Shown piece after piece: positions 51,281-63,678 of a stretch of DNA of 64,000 nt (position 1 is its first letter; the number at the start of each line of letters is the position of its first letter). The stretch is from the NCBI GenBank assembly GCA_951406725.2, contig OX597819.1:36084001-36148000 (forward strand), in the 5' to 3' direction. This DNA comes from Octopus vulgaris. Lineage: Eukaryota. Under the pieces are notes generated by a model. That model was not told where the DNA came from. It was given only the letters and a program-made list of their open reading frames with translations, and ran no database searches. The translations under genes were made by a program, and so were the position numbers.

Positions 51281-54200
51281 TATCTTGTTTTAGTCTTTTG
51301 GGGGCAGTAAAGTACCAGGATTGTTTTTCTCTTTGCTGTTTGTCAGTTTTTCTCTCTTCTGGAAGAAATCATCTGTGGTCAGACTTGGAAAGGGATGGGC
51401 ACCACCAAGTTTAAAATGCCTAAGATACCATGTGTCATGACAGTGCTCCTATGTCTCTGTTGAATTGTTGAGTTGTCAAGACAGGGCATTGTTTTCTTAA
51501 CAGATCAATATTTTTTTTTTTTGCAATTCATTTTAATCCCACTTTTGTCATCATACAGTACTGTAGACTTTCTCATCAAGTATCAAACAACTTCAACACA
51601 AAAACTTGTGTGTACAGTAGGGCTTAGTGTTCAATCTTACATCAGCTATCTCTGTTGTATAAATGATATTGATTACCTTGATCTAAAAACATCTTTTGGT
51701 TTGAGTTTTATCTTTTATTAATTTTTGAATACAAGCAGTAATACAAAAGCTTTTGTAGCTATGTTAAGCTAAAAATAATGTTCAGAATATATAGTTGCTA
51801 TGGTGATTTGACTCTCACTATTTCATTCTTTTCTTTCTTTTTGGTTTTGTTTTTGTGATTGTAAAAGCTTCATACCTAAACTGGAAGAAAAAAAAAAACC
51901 CCAAAAAACAAAAAGATAACTCTTAATTCATCTATTGTTGCTGAATTGTTTTGTGTGCTAGCCAAAAGTTAGAAAACAGTCTGTGTTTCAAGTCCTTAGA
52001 AATATATCTATTTTTAATTGTTGTTATGGATTTATAGACCATAGCTATTGGTACTGAAATTTTCCATTTCACTGCATTGGTCTGTGTATGTGTGCATTTA
52101 CTCATATATGCACATTTATCTATACGAATGTGTGTTCCTACACACAAAACAGACATATGCACTTGCATGCACGTGCACACACACGCACACAAAATCATTT
52201 AAGATTTCTTTTAAAACCTTAAGGCACTTTTATTGTGAAAAGAAACTAATATTTATAGACTTGTCATATATGAAATTTATAGTAAGTAAACCTTTGATGC
52301 TGCTTTTTGAAAGCCATTTCTTTGTTATATGAAATAGTTGTTCAAATACTGAGGTTGTCTTTATGTATTGCCCATTGCTTTAGACTTTATTTAAAGTTGA
52401 GTAATTGAATTTTGCTTTTTTAAATTTTTAACATTTTTTCATGAATCATGTAAAATTTCTAATATATTCTACTTTTAAAATATCACGGCTTTGTGATACT
52501 AGTAAACATTAGCTAAACTTTTTGCTTAGGAAGTTGGCTTTTTATTTGATAAGTTTAACATTTGCTAATGCTAGAAATATATTTTTTTCCCTAATAGTAA
52601 TTTTAGTTTGTTTAAATAATTGTAGCAACCACATCTATTAAGTTGTTTTTTTTAATGTTAAAAGATAACTTCATTGCTTTTAAAGCTTCTTGTAACTAAA
52701 ATTATAACAAAACAGCAAACCTTTTACATATGATACACATATAGCTGTAATTTCTCTCGTTCACATTTTTGCCTAACCTTTTTAATGTAAATTGTTTTTA
52801 TGATATTAGTATAGAGACAATAAGACTCATAAAAACGAAGTGACTTATTTAATTTTTTTTTCCCCCTCATATCCCACTTAAGATTGTTTTATGCTTATTG
52901 GTAAGAATACTGATTTAGTCTGCCTAAAGATTGACTTATCCACTATAGTCAAAGGGTGGACTTATCATTTCTGCTTGATAATACAAAACCTACAGCTTAA
53001 TATTAAGCTTACGAATTGAATCTGTGTTTGGCATAGATGTAGGTCAATTTGTTTTTTTATTTATTTCTAATTGTATTGATAATCCGTATTATAAAATCTC
53101 GTAATCTAGTAAAATATACACCTATTATTGTACACGTTTCTATTGATATTATTTTACACGTGTACAATACTTAATAATGCTGTACAGACATAACATGAAA
53201 TCTATTATAATAAATTACTTCCAGTGTAACTGTTTTAGATATTTTAATTAACAAATGTTAAGTTGAAAGTTAATGTGTACTAGCTATTCTAGGTGAGACG
53301 AAAAGTAGATACCACACCCATTATAAAGTTGAGTACCAAATAGGTTACTATCTATTTATGAAGCACAAACCTGATAATTAAAAAAAAAAACAAAAAAATG
53401 ACCCCTCCCTTTCGTCATTGAATGTCATAAGCATTGAAAACAAAACAGGAAAAAAAAATCTACAATTTGTACTTCATAAAGTTTAAAGCTACTCAGGATC
53501 TTATTTTCAAAATTTTGTATTATAATTTGGGTAATTCGTAAGTTCTGAATTTTGATATCTATCTGATACTTACAAAAGTACCTGTTTATATTATAAGTAA
53601 TCTTTGATTATGATTTCAAAATAATAAGTCCTTATTTAGCAATATAAATAGGCATGTCACAGAATGATGCTTTATCAGTATGAATAGGTACTCACAGAGT
53701 ATAATGTCTTATTTATCAGTATTAATAAATGTCTTGGAGTATGCTGTCTTATTGCTTTTAGGAAATTGTTTGTGGATTGCATTTTCACAATTTCTATGAA
53801 ATATTGATGGCAGTCACATTTATATAAATGAAAGGGAACGTTCTAATGTAATAATAAGAACTCTACTTTTGAAAATATAAACATTACCAAAACTGTTATG
53901 ACAGTAGGATCACAGTGTAGTAAGACTGGGTGGAATGACCACTATCTAAATTGACCAGTCAACTTTTAGAATGAAAGCTGTTTACAGCTGTTTATTAAGG
54001 TTATTTCTAAATGAGTGATTAGGATAGCTTCTTTTATATGTATGATTCCACTGTTCTATGAAAACTAACCTCTGTATTCTTGCAGATATCTAGAATTTTT
54101 TTGTTAATGATTATAATTTGTATAATTTTTGTGGTAGTTTTAGAATCTTTAAAGTTAAATTCTCATAATAGTTTCTAAAAAAAACTAACTAAGCTTATTT

Positions 54201-54631
54201 TTGAGGTGTTGCTAGTTTTTCATAAAACTGCATCACTTTCTCATTGAATTTCAGTAAGCAGATTAATTCATTTACTGTTTTTCTCTAAATATTTGATGCT
54301 TAGTTTTGATCCATTGTAAATCAGATTTTGAAAATTCAAATGTTTAAATGAATATTAGTTAGTTAGTTCTCTGTACCAATAGGTACATAAGACTGTAACA
54401 TAATCTCTCCAACCATCTCTGGTTCTCTGCCACTATTCTGGTCTCATTCTAGCTTTTCCGCCCTTCTCATCTCCTTTCCTTGTCAATGGTCCTTTTCCAT
54501 GTGGTTTTAGGGTGCTCTAATAGTGATGGTAGTATAAATCGTATTTCAAATTTACAAAAGGTAAATCAAGACCTGTATAATTTTAGCTGTTGTCTCTCTT
54601 ACACTAATAAATCTGTTTTGTCTTCTTCCAG

Positions 54632-54770
54632 CAAATGGCGACTACATCGGCCCAATGAACCACCATCACCTGAAGACCTACAGGGTGTGTCCATAATTAA
54701 ACCCTTAACTGGAGTTGATCCTCATCTTTACAGTAATTTAGAAACATTTTTCAATTTGAATTATCCTCTT
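54632..54770 (+). CDS. UGCG: Ceramide glucosyltransferase, internal coding exon (equivalent to vertebrate exon 2)
   Basis: Polypyrimidine tract and cag acceptor (54629-54631), gtaagt donor (54771). One leading base, then [46 protein letters not shown], matching the UGCG GVS.LKPL.GVDP.L..NLETFF.L.YP motif. Phase 2 start, phase 0 end. Confidence 0.95.
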
Positions 54771-55162
54771 GTAAGTATGACATTTGATTTTTGTCAATGT
54801 TTTTGTTTCTCTTTTTTGTCTTTCTTTTTTAAATTTTGTAAAATGACATTTTATAATGCCAATGCATACTTTTTGATTACACAAAATGACTCTTTCCTTG
54901 ACTGTCCATTCACCTTTCGTATTAAGGTGTGATAAGAGTAGGATTTCCTTTTGCACAAATGTTGACCTCAAAATAGTGCTAGAATTATTGTATAGTAGTT
55001 ATTCTAGGTAAAAAGAAAAGTTCCATACCTAGAATGTTACTGTCTAGTTATAAAGCACTCAGATTTTTTTAAACACTCTTTTTTTTTCTTAATTATAGAA
55101 TGTCATAAACATTGAAAATAAAGTAAGAAAAAAAAGTCTTCAGTTTGTGTTTCATAATTTAA

Positions 55163-56240
55163 CCCTTTCAATACCAAACCGCCCAAAGCCGCCCGAAAAA
55201 AATTTTGGTTAATGTGACCAAACCGCCCGAATTTACCTATTCATATTTAAATGAGAATATCAGAGCAAATCTCTTTAGTACTTTCGTGAAAACACGTATT
55301 ATATTTCGTAAACAGTTCAACTACAGTTTTGTACAACAATCGAAGTGTAATTTTAATTCCGTGAATTTTGGGAGATTTTTTTCCAAAATTTGTTCCTATT
55401 GTGTTTTCAAAATTTGTAATTCTGACAAAAAATGGATACGAATTTCATTATATCAAGCAGCGAGTCAGAATTCGAAGGATTTTCTACTGAAGACCTTCAT
55501 AAATCTAACTCTATGACTGAAAAAAAAAAAGCACGTGGTATTTGATAATGAATCTGATGTTTCATTTTCCAAAAGTGAAAACAGTGAATCCGAAAGCTCC
55601 GACAGCGATAAAGAAAAGGAATTGGCATCTGAATGGAGTGAAAATTTAAAAACTGTTTCTTTCGGTGATTTTTCTGAAGAAACTGGACCAAGCCACAGAC
55701 TTTCCCAGAAGAGTAAAGCCTTAAACTATTTCTTTTTACTTTTTCGAATGAGCCTATTTGAAATCATTACGGCGGAAACGAACCGTTACGCTAAATGTAA
55801 ACAAAGCGAAAGAAAGGATAGTTTGTTATTTCCCACAACCTTAAATAAAATTAAGGTCTATTTTGCCATAAATATTATTATGGGTATCAGAAAGTTACCC
55901 AGAATAACAAATTCTATCGTAAAATTTTGTTGTATACCCAATTGAATATTAGCTAATAACCCATTTTCTATAGCGATGTTTGAACAGAATTTTAATAATT
56001 TTATATTTTGTTGAATTTACCTGTATCTACCTGCAATTAGAGTCACTTTGTGACAAAAATTATAGTATAGAATTGGTTGAGAACATTTCATTAAATTATC
56101 TTCCAAAATTCACGTTAATATATTCATAAATAAAAAAGTTATAGTTGTTTAATGAAACCAGACTAAATTTATGATTATGTTAGAAATTAATTGAAACACA
56201 TAAGGGGTGTATTTTGGTCAGAAATATAGTAGCGAAAGGG
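55163..56240 (+). mobile_element. Internally deleted piggyBac transposon
   Basis: TTAA TSDs (55159-55162, 56241-56244), CCCTTTC...GAAAGGG ends, internal PGBD-type transposase N-terminus. Confidence 0.92.
55513..55945 (+). pseudogene. Truncated piggyBac transposase (N-terminal part)
   Basis: Acidic SDS-rich N-terminus, then GP...YFFLLF...IITAETNRYA...TTLNKIKVYFAINIIMGIRKLPRI. The ATG at 55513 is frameshifted in an A-run and the DDD catalytic region is absent. Confidence 0.88.
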
Positions 56241-58339
56241 TTAAAGCTATTCAGGGCCTTATTTTGATTTCTTCAGAACCAAGATTAATAGATTGGTAAA
56301 AGAAACAAGTTCTGTACAAAAGTTGTATTTAAAATTAAAAAAAAAAAATCATCATAGCTTGGATGTTTTTCAGTAGTAATGGATATATATTGGTGTGCTT
56401 GGGAATTATAGCTGAATTGTTGAATACAGGACTGTTGGAGTTTGGTAATTAACCATGAAAGCCAAATTGAAATCAATTGATCAGGAGAACAGGCAGATAA
56501 AGGGATTGTGTAACCTTCTCTCATGACACTGTGGTTTAGAAGTTTGCTTCATAACCATATGGTTCTAGTTTCAATCTCACGGTGTGGTGCTGTGAGCAAG
56601 TGTCCTCCTTACCACCTTGGATAGTGTCTTCTATTTTAGCATTTGGTTGACCAATCTCTTATAAATGGAATTTTGTCAGTGGAAACTGAGATAGCCCACA
56701 ATTTTGTGTGTGTGTTTTACATGTTTTCATGCTGGCATTGGTTAGCTGGTAACACACTTATTGCAGTCCTTTGTGATTTGGCTCACAGAGAGAATCTTCT
56801 AATTTTGTTATATATGTCATGTTATTTTTAGAATGGTATTTATAAGTGGCTGCCTTTCTTATCACCAACCTTACAGCATTGGCTAGATGAAGTGTCACTG
56901 GCACTAGACGTCTCCATCAAGACGAGACTTAAGAATCCCCTATAATTTACGTTTCCAAGATGATGCTAACATAAGTACCAAAGTGAAATAAATACAAAGT
57001 TCAGTATGATTAAGTAAAAAATCTTGAAGGCAGCACAGCAGCATGTCAGATCAATTGATGAAAATCAGTAAAAGAATATAAGAATACAACTTAACTAATT
57101 GATTTTTTTTTTTTTTGGATTAAAAAAAATTCTTGTAAGGTATATTTTTATATTTCCTTATAAATAAATGTGTACTGAGATGAAAAGATCTACCACTAAT
57201 ATCCCATATTTATCTCTTTTGTTTATTTTGCATGTTTGCTCAAATACTCTAGTTAAAAAACTAAACATAGATCTTTTAAGTAGTTTGGCTGTGTGTTAAG
57301 TTTACTTTGCAGCCATGTGGCTTTGGCATCGATCCCACAGTATGGCACCTTGACTGTCTTCTACTAAAACCCTGGGCTGCCTTTGGAGGATATTAGGTAG
57401 ATGGAAATGGCAGAAAGCCAATGCGTTAATGAATGTGCCTGAATGTTGATACTCCATTTTGCCACCACTTGAGTAAGCCAGTGCAGATTGCGATATTTCT
57501 TGTTGACATCATGACTGGTTGCTTTGTGCTTTCAAAGACCTCTGGAATAAAAAACAAAAAAATGCCATGCTTGAAAGCAGGTATTAGTGATATGAAGTGC
57601 ATCTAGTTGTAGAATTTTGCCTCAACATTATTCCCTATACATACAATCATAGATATATATATACATATATAAGTATGTTTGTATATGAATACATATACAT
57701 ATCTAAATATATATATATGTATAAACACACACATATATATATATGTATATATTTACATATATATATGCACCTGTATTCGTGTGCGTATATATACATATAT
57801 ATATACACATACACACATATATATATAATATATAAACATATATATGTATGTGTGTATATATATAAATAAATATATATCTATATATACAAACTCATGCTAG
57901 CATGGAAAACAGACATTAAATGAACAAAGGAAACTAATTAGTTTGATATATTTATAGAATATTATTCTTTTCTATAATTAGTGTAGATTGCAGCTTTAAC
58001 ATTTTTCATTGTCCCTACTCCTTACCAAGATTAACATTAAGAACAGTATCTGACTGTATATTTTCACTGCTGTGGATACATAGTTATTAAACCTCTATTT
58101 ACTTAAGTCCTTACAACCTTGGATAGTGAACCAATGTAGACAATACAATCTCAAAGAATGTAACTGGAAAATGGTTCAGTTGAATTCAGTTCACTAGGTA
58201 TGTTTAGCTCTGTGTATCGTTGTCCAGTGTTTGATTGGTTAGTACCGTAGCAGGTTATACAAGACCAAGATTGATTTAAGATATTCAAAACTGTATTAAA
58301 TTAAAGTTTTAACCACTAGTGTGTATGTATGTATGTATG

Positions 58340-58378
<39 letters not shown>

Positions 58379-58380
<2 letters not shown>

Positions 58381-58790
58381 ATCTTTTCAGTTTGAATGGC
58401 AGTTTTTAACATAATTTCTAGGTAACTAAAAAATTTTAAACTTCGTATACTGGTAGAATGTGTTTATAAAACATCTTTTTCTCTTGGCTTTATTGAGAAA
58501 ATTCTATAGTTTGTAAGATATTTGTTGTTTTTTCCTTCAATTTCAACCAATCACTGATGTCCATTGAGGTAAACAACATTCTGTGCTGTATGAATATGTC
58601 CCTCGTTTAAAAAACAGATTGGGTTTATTTACATTTGTGAAGAAAAAAAAAATACCCTTCCCACTAACCCTAACTAACCCTAACCCTAAAATAGATTGAA
58701 ATGCAATAGATCGATACTAGGGTCATAATTATGGGTGACAATTTCATATGACACTGCTAGAAAAAACTGCCGTTCAAACCGAAAAGATCC
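58379..58790. mobile_element. TIR MITE in (TA)n with internal (CCCTAA)n
   Basis: 29-bp TIRs GGATCTTTTCAGTTTGAATGGCAGTTTTT / AAAAACTGCCGTTCAAACCGAAAAGATCC (2 mismatches); (TA)n on both sides. Confidence 0.88.
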
Positions 58791-59501
58791 ATATATATAT
58801 ATATACACACATACACACATACACACACCTTATGTGTATGAGTCAGATGTAAACAGATATTTGCACAAACTATTAAAGTAAAATACTCAGCAATCAATAA
58901 GAAAATATGTTTCCTTTTCCTCTTGAGTTGGCTCTAGTAATACAACTGTCAGTCTGCAAGGAAGGACTTTAATGTAGTGCCAAGCTACTTATCCAGTGCT
59001 TGTGCTATGACTAATATTATATTGACAAAATTAGTAATTTGCATACTTTAATATGATACTTGGTATTGATTGATATTTGTGGTATTTTTGTAGTTAACCA
59101 TCAAATTCCTTTGTTTTATAGAAATGACTGCATGCATTCTGTTGCCTTTCCCTCAAAATCTTGTTTCCTTTTCCTCAAGATTTGTCCTTTTGTGAATATG
59201 ATAAACCAATTTTTTCTCTGCTGTGTTAATTAATGAGGAACATTGAGTAATAAATATTTGCACAATAAGTTCTAGAATAAATCTTCATAGAGTCAACAAA
59301 TTTGGTTGAGGTTTAGTTTTTGACTGAATTTTATCTCCTGAAATTTAGGACACTTCTGTAGTTGATCAAAGTTGACTTATCAATAATACTGGCGTAAACA
59401 TAACTTTGAAGCTAGTGTTTGTAGTTGTTGTTATTTTTATCTTTAAAGATTGTTGAAACGGTTCAAATTGTTATTGTTCAGAAAGCAGTTTTATAAGATA
59501 A

Positions 59502-59861
59502 CTAGCGCTATGACTCTGCGTTGCGGGGTCATAGTGCTAGTGCATGCATATACAGCTGCGTGCGTGCGCACACACACGCGAGTACTGTCCAAATCTCCGA
59601 CCAGTCACATACAGCTAGCTGGCATTCAACTGGTGTATCAAGTTTCGAGCATTTTGATTGGTTTTTGGATAGAAAATTCACAAAAAAGTCACTTCTATTG
59701 ATTTTTTAATGGCTATGTGTGTTGACTGGGGAAATGTAAAGATGTGCATGACCACCCTTGGATGGTTTTGAATGACCATAGAAAGTGCGAGCCCTCTGAA
59801 AAATTGTGGATTTGTATAAAGGACACACACGCAGACATTTTGCCATTTATATATATAGAGA
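59502..59861 (-). mobile_element. Complete non-autonomous Helitron
   Basis: Minus strand reads A|TCTCTATATATATAAA ... hairpin ... GCGCTAG|T: 5'-TC, 3'-CTAG, AT target site, no TSD. Confidence 0.78.
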
Positions 59862-59889
59862 TTGTAATAACCAAATTATAAAAAGTTTG

Positions 59890-60148
59890 CAGTGTGGAAG
59901 GTGTTTGTAAGCCATTTAAGAAACACACAAAAGCCGTTCGATTCACTTCACGGATTTTTGTCAGTGAACAGGTCGCGGTCTTAAAGTGACGAAAATATTT
60001 TGACAAATTAAACTTAAATGTTGAAGTGAATCGAACGGCTTTTGTGTGTTTCTTAAATGGCTTACAAACACCTTCCACGCTGCACTTGTTTTCATTTCAG
60101 CACACGATCTCAGATCAAATCACTTGCTATGCAAGTACATCTCCATAA
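59890..60148 (+). mobile_element. Short Penelope-like element with 5' inversion and hammerhead ribozyme
   Basis: 13-bp TSD tataaaaagtttg (59877-59889, 60149-60161); 63-bp inverted repeat (59888-59950 / 60022-60084, one mismatch); hammerhead in the spacer. Confidence 0.75.
59957..60007 (+). ncRNA. Minimal type I hammerhead ribozyme, G3:C8 core variant
   Basis: TTTGTCA-GTGAACA-G-GTCGC-ggtcttaaa-GTGAC-GAA-AATATT-T-TGACAAA: 7-bp stem I, 5-bp stem II, palindromic stem III. Confidence 0.65.
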
Positions 60149-60399
60149 TATAAAAAGTTTGTCTGTAAAATAATCCCATTTACATACATATGCTAAACTA
60201 TTTTCATGTGCAGTGAATATTATTCATTGTACTTGTGGTATACGGGATATTGGACAATGTAGCTAGGTGCATTGAACTAAAAGATCATGTTTTATCAAGT
60301 TTGGGAGTCAACAGTTCATATCCTGACATTTATCTTTTATTTTGCCTAAGTCTACTTATCTACATCTAGATACTATGGCAGAGGGCGTATTGCTATGTG

Positions 60400-60440
60400 T
60401 AGAGGAACAATATAGGGTTAGAGGAACAATATAGGGTTAA
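60400..60440. repeat. Tandem duplication of a ~19-bp unit
   Basis: tagaggaacaatatagggt occurs twice in tandem. Confidence 0.85.
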
Positions 60441-60947
60441 TGAATATGACACTGTGAGCTCATATTGTCTTAGGGAGGGAGAGAGAGAGGGTGGCTCTAT
60501 TTGGCTGATTTCCTCTGGATACACTGAATAAATAAGAACATTTTTAGTATCCCTAGTGACTCTAATGATTGACAAGATTCATCTAACTTAAAAATACATC
60601 AAGTTAGTATTTTAGGGTATCACTAAATTCCTAGTTTTTTTTTATATATATATTTACATACATTTCCTACTATGCTCTTCTGTTATAGAATAATTTGTTT
60701 TAAATGAAACATTGACCGCGTTGAAAACTTCTGGAAGAGACAAATAGCTGTAAAATTCAGTTTAATAACTTGTCAAGCTGATGGACATTTTATCGTTTAA
60801 TTTGTTTAAGCCTCACTATTTAGAAATGAGACAGCTATAAGTATATTGAAATATTTAAGATTTTGTAACTATTAGCTGAAAAGTTTTGATTGGAGACAAA
60901 CCGGTGGTTAGGCTCACTTTAGGTCTAATAGCAAAACTTCTACTATG

Positions 60948-61352
60948 TTTACTCTTTTACTTGTTTCAGTCATTTCACTGTGGCCATGCTGGAGCACCGC
61001 CTTTAGTCAAGCAAATTGACCCCCAGGACTTATTCTTTGTAAGCCTAGTACTTATTCTATCGGTCTCTTTTGCCGAACTGCTAAGTTACGGGGACGTAAA
61101 CACACCAGCATCGGTTGTCAAGTGATGTTGGCGAGTACAAAAACACACACAAACATATACACACACATATATATATTATACATATATACGACAGGCTCCT
61201 TTCAGTTTCCATCTACCAAATTCACTCACAAGGCTTTGGTTGGCCTGAGACTATAGTAGAAGACACTTGCCCAAGGTGCCACACAGTGGGAATGAACCCG
61301 GAACCATGTGGTTTGTAAGCAAGCTACATACCACACAGCCACTCCTACACCT
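60948..61352 (-). mobile_element. tRNA-derived SINE family 1, full length
   Basis: Reverse complement of the 45217 copy. Confidence 0.9.
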
Positions 61353-63331
61353 GTTTCTGAATATTGTTAATTACATATTGATATATCTTTGGTTATGAAG
61401 TTTGTGAAAAAACCTAAACAGTAGGTTAATACTTTAGCATATTGAATCAACAGTCTAGCTTTGATCATTTGCTTTTATGTCAGAACTATGTGGTTGTAAA
61501 ACAAGCTTCTTAACTATACAGCCATGCCTATAAAATTACCCATGCATGTAAAATGGTTAGGGACAACAAAAGGCACATAGCTGTAATGTTTCACCATTTC
61601 ATGCAGATATCTAAATGTAAAGACCTATATGGATTTTACTGTTGTATATAACTGTATTAAAATATAGTGGCCTCAAGTCCACAGGTCTGTCAAGCCTGCT
61701 AATCAATTAAAACTTCTCCAGTTTTATTTTGATTATTCAAAGCAGTAAATTAATTTCACTTCTATATCCAAGGCAACAGATATTGGTATCAATCCACTGA
61801 GTTATGACCTACCAAATTCCTTATCCCGACTTACCTTAAATAATTTACCAGAGGTTGTGCTGCTGACAGATAAATTATAAAACATAGCCTGAAAGAAATC
61901 ATTATTACAAAATGAGAACCATTCAAAGCAAAATTTATATTAAATATGTAAAGAGCAAAGCACATTCTTTGATACACAGCACACAGTTACACAATGTGCT
62001 AAGCTGCTGCTGGGTATTCGTGTTTTGCTGAATTCTATATGGTACTCCTTAACCCATATACTCTACTGGTTGGACTCTCACATAGAAAGCTGCTGTATAC
62101 TCTTACCTCTAAACATACATTTTTCATTTATTTGCCTCTCCTTCCCTATGGAACCTAGTAAAAGAATAGCATCTGATGGTATCCTGAAACTTTTCTGTCA
62201 AACCCTTTCAGCTCTCTTCACAAAACCCTTCAACTTCTTTACTCTATTGTAGACACAGCTACACAATGTCTAAATAGACTATAATTTCTACTCGCTCCTT
62301 TTCATTAACTTTTATGGAACTATTGATTCAAAACTAGTCTTTGCAACAGCTGTGTGCACACCCACACATATATTCCCATATATTTATGATTATATGTTAA
62401 GATAGCTATGTTATATTTAGAAGTTCTCTTTACTGTTTAGGTCTTTAATTTCATCATTGATTATTGATTTGACTGTATTATGTTTGTTTTGGTGGATTGG
62501 GAAAATATAATTTTTGGGAGATTAATAATAATTGATGTTTTATTAAAGCTTAGTATAGATTACTCTGGAATTGGTAGCTGTATTGTTAAAGTAAAGAACT
62601 GGCATATTTGTTTCATAACCAGAAGTGTTTGATTGCTGATACACCAATATATGAAACTGAATGTAAAATTTTATTTGGCTAATTTTCATGAAACCTGGCT
62701 GGTTTGCAACCTTTGCTCATTCATGACTGATAACTTTTTTTCTTAATTGTAAGGTTAATTTTCATTTTTGTGTACACCAACATTATTTTAACTGAAGTTA
62801 GACAAAGCAACTATTGGTAAATTATTTTTGACAAGCACCCATGTAGATATTAGAATTTATAGGTTTTAGCTGTAAAAAATTAAAATATTTTGTTTTAGAA
62901 TTTTGTACCAAAATTTTAAAGTTAACTTCCACAGTAAACCTGTTTTTAGATGGATAAACTTATTTTTCTATTCACATATTTTTGGTTCTTAGCTTTCCAC
63001 ACACATACACGTTGGTATGTATATTGTAAAATACTGTTTGGAAGTTGCTCTCCATAATTTAAAAAAGAAAATCATCAAAAATTGCTCCTATTTTAAATCA
63101 GATGTTTTATTGTCTGCACTGAAAATTTGCTTGTACATAACTCTTAAAATTTTGCTTATTTCTGAAAATCATTAAGTGAAATCAACACCTTTCCTGTCAA
63201 CTAGGTAAAATTTACAAAAATGGATTATAGTAATAAAATCAGTAAGCTGTATTTTAGCTAGAAGCTACGTTGTGCCATGACATTTTGATTTTGCACCATT
63301 ATCTGATGTATTATTTTTCTTCTTTCTACAG

Positions 63332-63434
63332 TATGAACTTTTATTTTGTGTTCAAAATGAACAAGATCCAGCCATTTTTATTGTTCAAAGCCTCATTGCA
63401 AAATATCCAAATGCTGATAGCAGACTTTTTATAT
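63332..63434 (+). CDS. UGCG: Ceramide glucosyltransferase, next coding exon (equivalent to vertebrate exon 3)
   Basis: tttctacag acceptor, gtaagt donor at 63435. The 103 nt translate as YELLFCVQNEQDPAIFIVQSLIAKYPNADSRLFI plus 1 base, matching UGCG YE.L.CVQD..DPAI......L..KYP..D.RLF. In frame with the previous exon across an 8561-bp GT-AG intron. This frame is not in the ORF track. Confidence 0.93.
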
Positions 63435-63678
63435 GTAAGTGTATTTCAATATTGTTTTCTTTAAGTATTTTCTTTTTTTTCTACATAATTTTTTTTTTTT
63501 TCATCAACAAAACCTTTTATGCTGAAATGAATGATAACTTATAACATATTTCTGCTTCCTGGTTCTGTTCCACTCACAAAACAGTATATGTGGAACTGTG
63601 ACCTGAAAATAGGATTGTAAATTTACAGAAATTTTATTATAATGTGTGTACATACATGCACACACGCACACACACACA

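Noticed and set aside
54480-54932. 150-aa ORF as a single-exon gene
   Set aside because: Only 54632-54770 resembles UGCG and is bounded by splice sites; the rest is intronic read-through.
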